A stretch of DNA of 32,000 bases, taken from sequence record OZ287089.1; one strand, 5' to 3'. Within the stretch, counting starts at the first letter, position 1. Every line of letters begins with the position of its first letter. Of this stretch, positions 21,344 through 31,505 are shown one piece after another. The notes under the pieces were generated by a model. The model ran no database searches. It was not told the origin of the DNA and saw only the letters and a program-made list of their open reading frames with translations. The translations under genes were made by a program, and so were the position numbers.

Positions 21344-21804
21344 TTAATTTTTAAAAGAGTTTGTGTTATTATTTACAAAAATCCCTATTAAATTAATAAT
21401 TAATAGTCTAATTTTATAGGTTAAATGTTAAGTTGCAAACTTAAAATTTTTGCGTAAAGTATGAGTATTATTATTCTAGAAATAATATAGAGTTTAGGAT
21501 GTTAATTTTCATCCTGTTTGGTTTAACAGAAAAAAAATTATGAAGAGATTTATAATTATATACTAAAATCGGTTTTATGTTTGCACCCTACAGATACAAT
21601 ATTTGTATATTTCTGATATGAATCATGTTCAAATAGAGAACACAGATAACATACTTAAATTGTAAGTTTTAAGCTTTCTGTTATTTTTCCTATCGTTTAT
21701 CTATTATTTAGATTTAAACCATATAAGCGTATATATTTTTATTTTTTTCTATCTTAAAATTATAACAGTTAAATTTTTAATTAGGTATATTTTATGTTTA
21801 TATA

Positions 21805-21876
21805 GGTTCCTTAACTTAATCGGTAAAGTATGCTTTTGATAAGAGTAGGTTTGGCGTTCAAATCGCTGAGGAATCA
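21805..21876 (+). tRNA. trnI: tRNA-Ile (GAU)
   Basis: Acceptor ggttcct/aggaatc, D arm actt-aatcggta-aagt, anticodon loop ttGATaa, T arm tggcg-ttcaaat-cgctg. Confidence 0.8.
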
Positions 21877-22214
21877 TTTTTTAATTATTAATATATTTTT
21901 TTTTATCTCTATTACTCTAGCTCTTCTACTTTAAAGATAAAATATTTAGTACTAGTAACCTGAATACGCACCTTTATTTTATTCGGGTACCTTTTTGTGG
22001 ATTTATGTGTATTTACTAGCTAATTTTTCTTTTGTCTTATCTTATAAAAGCAACCTTATAAACTTATATACTTTTGTATTTGCATGACTTTTGTCAGCAA
22101 GTTAAGTACCCTTAGTTACGAAAAGCATAACCTAATGTGAGTTGGAGATTATTAGAGCTAACACCTCTAAAATTATATATACAAGATAAATTATATTTAT
22201 AATTTAAAAATTAA

Positions 22215-22508
22215 AATAAAATATTATTCTCAACAATACTTACAACAGAGCCGCTTACATTAGCTGCGATTAAAGCACGGGCTACATTTTCTGCTACATT
22301 TGGTGTACGTTTTTTTTCACTAGATAATAAAAACACACATAACCTAGAAGATAATAACAAGAATTTAAATTATTCAGAAGAAAAAGATAAAGAAATAGAA
22401 ATAGAAATAGAAAAACAAAAAGAAAAAGAAAAAATAAAAGAAAAAAAAGTTAAATCTTTTGTTTATAATGAACTCACACTTATTGCATTGGCTAATTGAT
22501 TTAAGTAA
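22215..22508 (+). CDS. Orphan ORF, 97 codons, E/K-rich, no ATG start
   Basis: Under table 4 the frame is open from after TAA 22212-22214 to TAA 22506-22508: ...LFSTILTTEPLTLAAIKARATFSATFGVRFFSLDNKNTHNLEDNNKNLNYSEEKDKEIEIEIEKQKEKEKIKEKKVKSFVYNELTLIALANWFK*. The N-terminal part is visibly more GC-rich than its surroundings. Confidence 0.3.
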
Positions 22509-22752
22509 TATGGTACTTTTAGAGGTTTTACCTATTACCTTTTTATTTAGTAAAAGATGTTACTTAATAAATGTATTAATAATAAAATATGATATTAACT
22601 GCACTGTACGTTATTATAATTACCATTTGCCTATAATATACGTATCTAAAAATTATAAATATATGCAAAAGATCTAATTTAACATTATTTTATATACTCA
22701 TCAAAGCTGTATTCAATAAATTAAGTTTATAGTTTTATTAAACTAAAAAAAA

Positions 22753-22838
22753 AGAGAATTGGCTGAGCGGCTTAAAGCGATAAGCTTGAAACTTATTTGG
22801 TCAAAATGATCACATCCGTTCGAATCGGATATTCTCTG
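22753..22838 (+). tRNA. trnS: tRNA-Ser (UGA), long variable arm
   Basis: Acceptor agagaat/attctct, anticodon stem ataag/cttat with loop ctTGAaa, 17-nt variable arm, T arm atccg-ttcgaat-cggat. Confidence 0.85.
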
Positions 22839-22879
22839 TACTATAATAATTTACATTAAAATATATATATATAAATATG

Positions 22880-22952
22880 CGGGTTAGAGCCAGGTTGGTT
22901 AGGCGTCTCATTTGGGTTGAGGAATTGTTATGTTCGAATCATAATAACCCGA
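22880..22952 (+). tRNA. trnP: tRNA-Pro (UGG)
   Basis: Acceptor cgggtta/taacccg, anticodon stem tctca/tgagg with loop ttTGGgt, T arm ttatg-ttcgaat-cataa. Confidence 0.85.
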
Positions 22953-23144
22953 GTATATATTATATATAAAATACAACATTAATGTAAATGATATGGATAA
23001 TATTGTTTTGTCGTTAAATATATTTAACGGCGACAAGTATACAAAGAAACTATTATGGATATACAGCTATATATTAAAGAGAGAATAAATTTTAAATTTG
23101 AAATATGCTACATTTTTTATGATTGGTTTAAAATCAAACAAAAC

Positions 23145-25739
23145 AAAAGTTGTAACAATCATCACCATTTTTAATGAAAAAAATAATAATAATCATTGTT
23201 TATGTTGATAAATGGGTAACAATAGATGAACTCTAATAAGAAATTAATTAAATAAAACGAAGTGAATTGAAATATCTTATTAACTTCAGGAAAACAAATC
23301 AAACGAGATTCTGCAAGTAGTGAGAATGAAAGAGGAATAGCCTATCAAGTAAAATGGAGTACATACCTGTTTGAATATAAAGGGGAACCTTCCTCTAAGG
23401 CTAAATATGATATATAAGCGATAGTGAAAAAGTACCGTGAGGGAACTTATTGAAATAGTAGTTTTATAAGCAGCTCGAGCAAAGTTTAAATAAACAATGA
23501 GAGCGTACCTTTTGCATAATGGGTCAGCAAGTTAATATTAGACGCGAGCAGTAATGCGAAGATAAACCAATTATGACATAATGATCTAGTATCTAAAATT
23601 AGACCCGAAGCCTAGTGATCTTACCACGATCAGGGTTATAAAAGCCCGAACGGGTTATCGTTGTAAAGATATCCGAAGAATCGTGGTAAGTTAGTGAAAG
23701 ACAAAACTGACTAGAATAGCTGGTTTTCCGCGAAACCTATATAAGTAGGTAATTTTAATAACATCATGGCAGGTACAGAATTGTGATCTCATATAGTTAG
23801 CATTTATAAAATAATGCTGTCTGTGGACATTGGGGGGTTGTGAAGACTCTATCAGTGAGTATTTGTTCTCGGAAGGGCTATGATGAATATTGAATAATCA
23901 GACATAGTACGATAAGGTTGTATGTCTAAAGGGAAACAGCCCAGAACAAGAGTTAATAAGGTTCCAAAATTATTGTTAAGTGAAATTAAGGTAGTTTTTA
24001 TATTATACGACCAGGAAATAGGCTTAGAAGCGGCCACTTTTTGAAGACCTCGTAACAGAGCACTGGTTTATAAACTGTTTATATAGTTTAAATGGATAAA
24101 AGCACTGAAAATTTAACGGATCTAAATAATATACCGATACCTTGTCCATATTTATTATATATCAGAGTTATATATTGTATTTATGGGGTAGCGGAACATT
24201 GGGCAAACCTAAGATTTTTTCTTTACAAGACTTAAAATAAGGTAACCCAAGTGAGAATGCTGACATGAGTAACGATAAAGGGAATAATTCCCTCGCCTAA
24301 AGCTTATGGTATTTACTTAAAGTAACGGCCTCTAAGTTTATCTTGTAGTAGTATATTAAAGTAATCAACTTTAAGTAGTTAATGAAGTAACAATATCATG
24401 TTATTTTTTTATATTATCTAGTCCTTAAGGACTAAACGATGAGCAAATCTATAAAGTTTATTGATAAATAACGTTTTTGCACTGTTATATATAGTATATG
24501 CAAAAAAATGTTGTTAAATTTTTATAGTTTTTTTTTGTATAACTATTATATATAGTTAGTGTATAAAGAATGTGAATAATGTTCCGGAAAACTGTAAACT
24601 AGGCATGTAAATTTTTTCATGTACAAAAACCGTACCTAAATACTACCACAAGTAAGCAAGTAGAGAATACGAAGGCGTTCGAGTGAACAATCATTAAGGA
24701 ACTCGGCAAATTAACTCATTCGTAACTTAGGGATAAGGAGGGCCATTCCACTTGATTAATATAAAGGATGGAATAGGAGGCACAGAATGGTGTTGTACGA
24801 CTGTTTAATTAAAACAAAGCATGCTGCAAAAAAAAAAATAATTCGAAGTATAGTGTGTGATCTCTGCCCAATGACGGCTGGGTATATTATTTGCTTAGCT
24901 GACTTATATAGGTTAGGCTTTGAATGAAACCCCGTTTAATGGCGGCTTTATCTATGAGAGTCCTAAGGTAGCGTAATACCTTGGCCGTTAAATGCGGTCT
25001 TGCATGAATGATGTAACGATACAACAGCTGTCTCAATGATTGGCTCGGTGAAATTGGAATAACTGTGCAGATACAGTTTACCTCTAGTTAGACGAGAAGA
25101 CCCTATGCAGCTTTACTGTTGCTAGTTATTGGGTATGATATTACAAGTTTTAGCGTATAAGGTAGTTGATTAGATAACAGTGAAACACCTTTACTAACGT
25201 GGATCATATTGAATTACCACAAAGGTACAATTGCTAGGTGGCAGTTTATGCGGGGCACAGATCCCATAAAAAGTACCTGGGAGTATCCAAATTAAATTAC
25301 CGTAAAATTTCAATTATATGTATGGCCTTTTCTTAGAGTTCCCAGCATATTTGTTATTTTAGTTTGCTATTAGTATTAATTTATTTATAACTAATCCACT
25401 TACTTATCTATTTAAGTTAGAATTTTTTAGTCCAAGTAAGATTTTAACTATCCTCAATATAGGTGTAATTAAAACATTGTTTAGTTATTATTATATTTTA
25501 TAGCATAAAAGAATATATCTAATATAAAATAGACTATACTAGTAATGTTTTTTGTTGTTAACTAGTTTATCTATATTTAGATAACAAGTTTAATGATAAT
25601 TATTTTACTTCAAAAGTTTAATGGCTTAATCTTGCTTTACTGTTTGACTTACACGTCTTTCAGTCGCGTAAGCGGGGCATATGATCACAAGATGCAGAAA
25701 GGAAAGGTCTTGTATTATTGAAAAAGCTACGCTAGGGAT
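23145..25739 (+). rRNA. rnl: Mitochondrial large-subunit rRNA, exon 1 (5' end approximate within about 100 nt; contains AT-rich expansion segments)
   Basis: gaagtgaattgaaatatcttattaacttcaggaaaacaaatcaaacgagattctgcaagtagtgagaatgaa resembles 23S domain I. Other matches: gtagagaatacgaaggcgttcgagtgaac...aaggaactcggcaaat (about 24660), agacgagaagaccctatgcagctttactg (about 25090), and the end ...aaaaagctacgctagggaT, which corresponds to E. coli ...GGGGAU2449. Confidence 0.85.
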
Positions 25740-26171
25740 TAAATGTTAGTCCTCCAATGTTTATTATATTAACTATTGGTAATTATCTGGGTAAAATTCA
25801 AGAAATACTTATATACTTAACTTATATATAAGTATATTTGAAGCGAAGCTTACTTAAGCATTGCTTTAATTAAATAAATCTTATTTATATCTAATTAGAC
25901 AAGTAAAGTATGAACGTTCAACGACTAAAAGGTGAGTATTGCTAACAATAACCTTTATTAACGCCCAGCATCTATATATAAAATTTATCTAAATAATATT
26001 GGACATCTAAATGGTTATTCTAATCATCTTAAGATATGTCTGTATAATAATTAATATATATCTAAAATATTAATGTAATAGACTCAACCTTAAATTAAAA
26101 ATTGAGCTTAGGACATTATCTAATATAATAATATCTGTATATTTCAAAAGTCCTATTAAATAATAAATCTA

Positions 26172-27611
26172 ATGCTAAACATATTTAATCAAAAATTAAA
26201 CAATTCTATTGAGAACACAGATAACAAAGTAGGTAACGAGATAGGTCAACCTAGACATTATCCTTCTGCAAATAGAGAGTGATTTAATAGTATATATGCT
26301 TATAATAAAAGTACAACTAAATTATTACCTATAGCTGATAAAGCTATACTTAAATTAATAAAAAGTTATTTTCATTTATATAGCGGTAAGTTCGAAAAAG
26401 ATAAAAAATCTCCCCGTTTACGTATGAGAATTAGAAGGTTATCAGTAAACAGAATACTAGTAAGTAGAGCAGAACTAAAACATACCAGTGATAAAGTAAT
26501 TATAACTATATATATATATAATAGACATCTAAAATATTATCTAAACAAAATAAAAACAATAGCAACATTAGATCTATACAAAAAAAAAATTTCTAAAAAA
26601 AAATTACAAATTATTGTAAATAAAGGTTTAAATATTATGTCTAATGTTTTATTACAAAAACAAATACTTTTTAAAACACTTAATTTTGATAATAACTTGT
26701 TAAATAAGAATTATGTAAATAAATATTACGGAAACAAGTATTTAAAAATTTTTCTTGTTAAATGTTTACATAAAGAAATCTTATCTTTGTATATAAAACA
26801 GATAATCTTTATTAATGAATCTAAATTTAAATCTAATTATCTTTTACCTTTAACTAGCTTAATAGCAGCAAAAATTTACAACAAAAAAATAGAGTTTAAT
26901 ATAGTAAACTTAAAATATTTATATTTAAACAGTTATCTATTTACAGAGACTTTAGTTACAAAAATAAAAAACAGAAATAATATATTTTTAAAAGTATTAT
27001 CAGCTTCATTATTTACGTTTAAACTACCAGCTTTAGATAGAATAGCTATATTTAATGATATGTATAATAGAAAAAGAAAAACACAAAACTTAAAGGTTAA
27101 TTCTGCATTGTCTAATCCAATTTTTCTTAAACAACAAGAAAAAGAAAAAGAAAAAGAAAAAGAAAAAGAAAAAGAAAAAGAAAAAGAAAAAGAAAAAGAA
27201 AATATAAATAATTATAATGATGATACCTTAGACTTAATATTGTCTAAAGTGTATACTAAAAATTTATTGCAAAATAAATTAGCAACAGTGAAAAATAATA
27301 TACAACAAGAACAAGGTAAAAAAATACAAAAACAACTTGTAACCAATACAGTTTTAAGTTCTATTAAGCATAAGTTTGTAAGTGGTATAAGAATAGAGGC
27401 AGCAGGTAGATTAACTAAACGTTATACTGCATCAAGATCTCTTTTTAAAATAAGATATAAAGGTAATATACGAAATATAGATTCTTCTTTTAAAGGACTT
27501 TCTTCAGTTCTTTTAAGAGGTCATGCTAAATCTAACTTACAATATACAAAGTTAAAATCTCAAAGACGTATCGGATCTTTTGGTATAAAAGGATGAGTAA
27601 GTAGTAGCTAA
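26172..27611 (+). CDS. rps3: Mitochondrial ribosomal protein S3, intron-encoded
   Basis: Under table 4, track ORF 26424..27596 extends upstream to ATG 26172 (through TGA=Trp: ...PSANREWFNSIYAYNKSTTKLLPIADKAILKLIKSYFHLYSG...) and downstream to TAA 27609-27611. The C-terminus is [75 protein letters not shown]. This is the typical position for rps3 in Pezizomycotina rnl. Confidence 0.85.
27138..27200 (+). repeat. (GAAAAA)10 microsatellite in frame within rps3, encoding (EK)10
   Basis: G occurs every 6 nt from 27138 to 27198. The track protein shows QQEKEKEKEKEKEKEKEKEKEKEN. Confidence 0.95.
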
Positions 27612-27816
27612 TAATTATATTTTTTTTTACCTTATGTCTGATATGATATAAGTTTAATCTCATAAAAACATATGTAGTATAATATAATTAGACTAGACAA
27701 TAAATATCGCATTGCAAATATATTAGATAGTATGAAATATAGATGAAGAAATAGTCTGAACCCCCTTATAAAAGGGGGAAATAAAGAATAAAAAGCCTTT
27801 ATGATAACAAATATTG

Positions 27817-27952
27817 AACAGGCTAATTGCGCCAGAGAGTACATATTGAGTGCGCAGTTTGGCACCTCGATGTCGGCTTAACTCATCCACGTGAACGCAA
27901 AAATCATGCAGGGTTCGACTGTTCGTCGATTAAAGAGTTACACGAGCTGGGT
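27817..27952 (+). rRNA. rnl: Large-subunit rRNA, exon 2 (peptidyl-transferase region)
   Basis: aacaggctaattgcgccagagagtacatattgagtgcgcagtttggcacctcgatgtcggc...gttcgtcgattaaagagttacacgagctgggt is colinear with E. coli 23S from about 2450 to 2585. Confidence 0.9.
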
Positions 27953-29168
27953 TAAATTTTAGCCCTTTGATTATAATATTAATTATAATAAAAAAAACCG
28001 GGTTAATTGCAAGGACCATATACAGTATTGTATTTAGATTTGCAGCGAATATTTGTCTAACAACAAATAACGTTCAACGACTAATAGATTAGTATTTATA
28101 ATACGATTCTTACAAGAGTGCCTGGAGCATAGATAAATATCAGTTTAAGTGAATATTACTGGACATTTTTTATGGTATATATTATTAAATCTACTAGCAA
28201 TATGTCTGTATAATTATCAATATTGCTTAGGCAATATTGGTGAAATAGACTAAACTCACAGATTAAAAGTTAAGCAGGTAAGATAACAAAATTATTATAA
28301 AGTTACAGTAATTAATTACTACTAATAAAAGATAATAGTTTAAAAATATTTACAGTTGCTCTTTCAAAATTAAATGAGTAATATAAAACAGATTACCATA
28401 TAAATATATTACCTTTATATTTACATATGGTACTAATAGGTTTACTATTAAGCGACGGGAGTTTATAAATACCTAGTGCTGCACGTTTAAGTGTAATATT
28501 TTGGGTTATAAATTCTCCTTATTTGCTACATCTTTATAATTTGTTTGAACCATCCACTAATAGTGCTTCAGATCTTGGAAGTGTTAGAAATAATAAAACA
28601 AATAGTGATAATATGGTTATCAAGTTTAAAACGGTAAGTCTTCCTAATTTTATCCTAAGGTGTTTTACATATATAAGGATTAAAAAGGTAAACACGTAAA
28701 AATACGGCCCGTTTATATAGAAAATTTAATTACACCTGTAGTCCTGGCACATATCATTAAGGGCGATGGTAATATTAAATCCAAATATAAAATAATCCGT
28801 ATTTACACTAACAGCTTTACAAAGCAAGAAGTGAAATATTAGCACAGCCTATTACAAATAAATTAAAAAATATAAATTACAGCCATAGATTAAGGTAATA
28901 ACCAATATATATATATTAACAATAAGTAAGAGCAATTTATAACTTACAAATCTCTTAACTATACCATATATGAATGAAAGTATGCTATACAAATTAGGAA
29001 TATATTCATCTACTCACAGAAATGCTTACGATAATATCGCTTGCTTTAACTATTTAAAAAACAAAGATAGCATTTAAACTAATATTAATTAATCTATGTA
29101 AGACATAGTCTGTACAATAGCGCAAAATATTGAATTAAAGATAAATAACTTTAAGATAACAAAAATAG
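27953..29168 (+). mobile_element. rnl group I intron 2 (about the E. coli 2585 site)
   Basis: The flanks join to gagctgggt|taaatacgtcgtgagacag (compare GAGCUGGGUUUAGAACGUCGUGAGACAG). The exon ends in U and the intron ends in G 29168. It has the motif gttcaacgactaa (28072-28084) and the 3' end gataacaaaaatag. Confidence 0.8.
28395..28960 (+). pseudogene. Eroded LAGLIDADG homing endonuclease gene
   Basis: LPLYLHMVLIGLLLSDGSL* (motif 1, about 28438), ...LAHIIKGDGNIK (motif 2, about 28744), and IRIYTNSFTKQEVKY-LAQAITNKL. Several stops and frameshifts interrupt it. Confidence 0.7.
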
Positions 29169-29520
29169 TAAATACGTCGTGAGACAGTATGGTTTCTATC
29201 TTCTAGAGGAAATTAGAATAAAATAAGGATAGCCCCTTCGTACGTAAGGAGTTGGGTATATTAATCTCTGGTCTACCTGCTGTTTATGTTCCTATATTAA
29301 TTAATATTATAAGTTTATAAAAGAAAAGAACAAAAAAATTTTTTTTTAGGCTTATATTGGGGTTTTACTTTTCACTATAGTAATACTTAGCATAGGCACG
29401 GCAGGAAGGCTATATTAGTCAATGAGAAGTGCTGAATGCATTTAGGCGCGAAACTTACCTTAAGATATTCTTAAATATACGTAGTTTAATACTACGATTT
29501 TTATTATCCTTATAGGTTTA
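29169..29520 (+). rRNA. rnl: Large-subunit rRNA, exon 3 (3' end approximate)
   Basis: taaatacgtcgtgagacagtatggtttctatc..., ccccttcgtacgtaaggag (sarcin-ricin-like AGUACGAGAGGA region), and gaagtgctgaatgcatttaggcgcgaaacttacc (compare AAGUGCUGAAAGCAUCUAAGCACGAAACUUGCC). Confidence 0.8.
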
Positions 29521-29760
29521 TAATAACAAAAAAAAAAATAACTTATATATATGTATTTATAAATATAACAAAAAAAACCACAATATAATTAGCATTTAAT
29601 CAGATTGTTATAATTTCCTATAAGGATCTTAATTAATAGGCTTTAGCTGAAAGAATTGTGACATTTTTAGGCATTAAGTACTAATTTTTTAATTTACTGA
29701 ACAATACACTTATTAACACATTAATTTGGCTTTATAATTAAAAACAACACATAACTCTTA

Positions 29761-29795
29761 TATAACAATATAGCTGTTTATGTTATATTGTTATA
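29761..29795. other. Perfect 12-bp hairpin downstream of rnl
   Basis: tataacaatata ... tatattgttata with an 11-nt loop. Confidence 0.7.
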
Positions 29796-29898
29796 CTAGC
29801 TAAAAATTAAATAAATAAAACATTATCGATAGTAAAACAAAAACAATGTAATTTGATAAACGTTAACTTTTAATGTTATGATCTCATGTAATGTTAAT

Positions 29899-29969
29899 GC
29901 CTGGTTAGCATAAAAGTAATGCAACCGTTTTGTAATCGGTTGAAGTAAGTGCGATACTTGCACTGGGCT
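29899..29969 (+). tRNA. trnT: tRNA-Thr (UGU)
   Basis: Acceptor gcctggt/actgggc (two G-U pairs), D arm gcat-aaaagta-atgc, anticodon stem accgt/tcggt with loop ttTGTaa, T arm gtaag-tgcgata-cttgc. Confidence 0.7.
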
Positions 29970-30022
29970 TTATATAAATACGTTTAATCATAAATGGATA
30001 AAGAAAAATAATTACTTGTATA

Positions 30023-30094
30023 GGCCCAATAGTCTAGAGGTTAAGACATGACGTTTTCACCGTTAAAACGAGGATTCAATTTCCTCTTGGGCTA
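30023..30094 (+). tRNA. trnE: tRNA-Glu (UUC)
   Basis: Acceptor ggcccaa/ttgggct, D arm gtct-agaggtta-agac, anticodon loop ttTTCac, T arm gagga-ttcaatt-tcctc. Confidence 0.85.
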
Positions 30095-30113
30095 TATTTT
30101 ATAATAATCCATA

Positions 30114-30184
30114 TGCGGATTGATGTAATAGTAACATAAGTGGCTCATGCCCATGATATAGAGGTGCGAATCCTCTGTCCGCAT
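30114..30184 (+). tRNA. trnM: tRNA-Met (CAU), copy 1
   Basis: Acceptor tgcggat/gtccgca, D arm atgt-aatagta-acat, anticodon loop ctCATgc, T arm agagg-tgcgaat-cctct. Confidence 0.8.
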
Positions 30185-30222
30185 TTTATTTTATATATTA
30201 TATAATTACATTTATATCTAAA

Positions 30223-30295
30223 AGGGCTATAGCTTAATTGGTAAAGCAAGCTGCTCATGATAGCTCAGATGAGTGTTCAAATCATTCTGGCCTTA
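30223..30295 (+). tRNA. trnM: tRNA with CAU anticodon, copy 2 (Met initiator or elongator, or lysidine-type Ile; cannot be told apart from sequence alone)
   Basis: Acceptor agggcta/tggcctt, D arm gctt-aattggta-aagc, anticodon stem agctg/tagct with loop ctCATga, T arm gagtg-ttcaaat-cattc. Confidence 0.8.
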
Positions 30296-30330
30296 TAATT
30301 ATAGTTAGTTATATATATGTAAATATATTA

Positions 30331-30412
30331 GTCCGAGTGCTGGAATTGGTAGACAGGATAAGATTAAGATTTATTGATTAATATCGTAAACGTTCAAGTC
30401 GTTTTTCGGATA
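30331..30412 (+). tRNA. trnL: tRNA-Leu (UAA), long variable arm
   Basis: Acceptor gtccgag/ttcggat, anticodon stem ataag/tttat with loop atTAAga, T arm aaacg-ttcaagt-cgttt. Confidence 0.8.
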
Positions 30413-30615
30413 AATATGCGTACTCTTGTGATAAATCATAATAAGTGCGCTTTTATTTTTATTGTTTATTACTTCAACTGTTCACCGTAAGTGACTCTTT
30501 ACCACCCCTTCTTATATAAGAAGGGATGGTGAAGCGCAAGGTGGTGATAGAAATAAGGAAATAAAGAAACAATGGTAAAATAGATTTATTATATTTAATT
30601 TTAATTTATATTATA

Positions 30616-30687
30616 GGGGATATAGTTTAACTGGTAAAACACCGATTTTGCATTTCGTTATTTTGGGATCGAGTCCTGATATCTCCA
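30616..30687 (+). tRNA. trnA: tRNA-Ala (UGC)
   Basis: Acceptor ggggata/tatctcc, including the G3:U70 Ala identity pair. D arm gttt-aactggta-aaac, anticodon loop ttTGCat (weak stem), T arm ttggg-atcgagt-cctga. Confidence 0.75.
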
Positions 30688-30932
30688 TTAATCCTAAATT
30701 TAGTCTTTTTTTTATAACCATTAGCTGGTTTAACTGTATAAAATACCTGTTTATAAAAAGTAATTTACAAATAAAAGCTTAAATGGTTAATATTTAATTA
30801 ATTTATATATAGTGCAACTATTTATTAAAAATAATTATAAAAATATATTATAAAAAACATATATTCAGAAGCATATGAAAAGCTTCTGAAATAAGTATTT
30901 TTGGGGTTCAAATGTGAACATTTATATTCCTA

Positions 30933-31505
30933 TTAGTGAAAATGGTAAATAAATTTATAATTTACCTTTAGATACAATGCAAAAGTTAGTTTATTTTTTT
31001 TTATTATTGCATATATTTTTTTTATTACATATAAATGAGGATAATAATTATTACAAATCTCTTTTCCTATACTAATACATATATTTGTTGTATATGTATA
31101 ATATTCATCATCAGTATCAATATTATATATTAAACGTAAGTATAAACCAAAAACAACGGATACTACTTTATTAAATATAATTATTTTATCTTCGTCTTTA
31201 TCAGCCTCTATTTACTTTTTAAAGGTTTTAAAATATCCACGAAAAGTCTTAATATCATCGACTCTAAGTTTTCTTAATCGAAGTGAAATAACATCCAAAT
31301 TAACATTTAAAACAAAAGTATTAGGCTTATTATTGTCTCATTCAGCAAATTGATGTATTACAAATTTCTCTATCTGTATTTGAGTATCATTATTAAGAGT
31401 TTCATCAAATTTAAGTAATGTATGCAAGTCACTTAAAACTGTTTTATAAAAATTACCTACATAATGTTTTGAAAAAAAAAAATTCACCAAGTTAGAAGCC
31501 GCATA
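30933..31505 (-). CDS. Minus-strand orphan ORF, about 190 codons, with one in-frame TAA (31212-31214) and one TGA=Trp; no clear ATG
   Basis: I reverse-complemented it and mapped each codon by hand. The first segment is ...NLVNFFFSKHYVGNFYKTVLSDLHTLLKFDETLNNDTQIQIEKFVIHQFAEWDNNKPNTFVLNVNLDVISLRLRKLRVDDIKTFRGYFKTFKK*. The second is IEADKDEDKIIIFNKVVSVVFGLYLRLIYNIDTDDEYYTYTTNICISIGKEICNNYYPHLYVIKK...FIYHFH*. An upstream ATG (MEKFYSNTVYFNRDSNMRLLTWW...) is one frame off across an 11-nt homopolymer. Confidence 0.3.

Larger units (their letters stand above)
25740..27816 (+). mobile_element. rnl group I intron at the U2449-equivalent site, hosting rps3
   Basis: The flanks join to ctagggat|aacaggctaattgcgcc, matching GGGGAU|AACAGGCUGAUACCGCC of 23S domain V. 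The intron ends in G 27816. It has the motif gttcaacgactaa (25916-25928) and the 3' end gataacaaatattg. Confidence 0.85.

Noticed and set aside
21414-21470. tRNA-Cys-like anticodon arm (ttaag-ttGCAaa-cttaa)
   Set aside because: I could not build an acceptor stem, D arm or T arm around it. At best it is a decayed pseudo-tRNA.
21636-21651. 16-nt identity (gagaacacagataaca) with the rps3 5' region at 26211-26226, within a mini-ORF MNHVQIENTDNILKL*
   Set aside because: My rough estimate is that a few 16-mer matches are expected by chance in 32 kb of this composition. Similarity does not extend into the flanks.
22459-22677. Track ORF of 72 aa on the + strand
   Set aside because: It is an AT-rich frame with no motifs. 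It overlaps the end of the 22215-22508 frame and is not clearly distinguishable from chance.
23852-24037. Track ORF of 61 aa on the minus strand
   Set aside because: It lies inside rnl exon 1, where conserved rRNA sequence is on the + strand. It is spurious.
7191-27200. Regularly spaced short repeats considered as possible CRISPR-like arrays
   Set aside because: They are tandem microsatellites with 5-6-nt units and no spacers, and the context is organellar. They are not CRISPR.
27632-27865. Track ORF of 77 aa on the minus strand
   Set aside because: It spans the 3' end of the rps3-bearing intron and the start of rnl exon 2, which includes gtttggcacctcgatgtcggc on the + strand. It is spurious.
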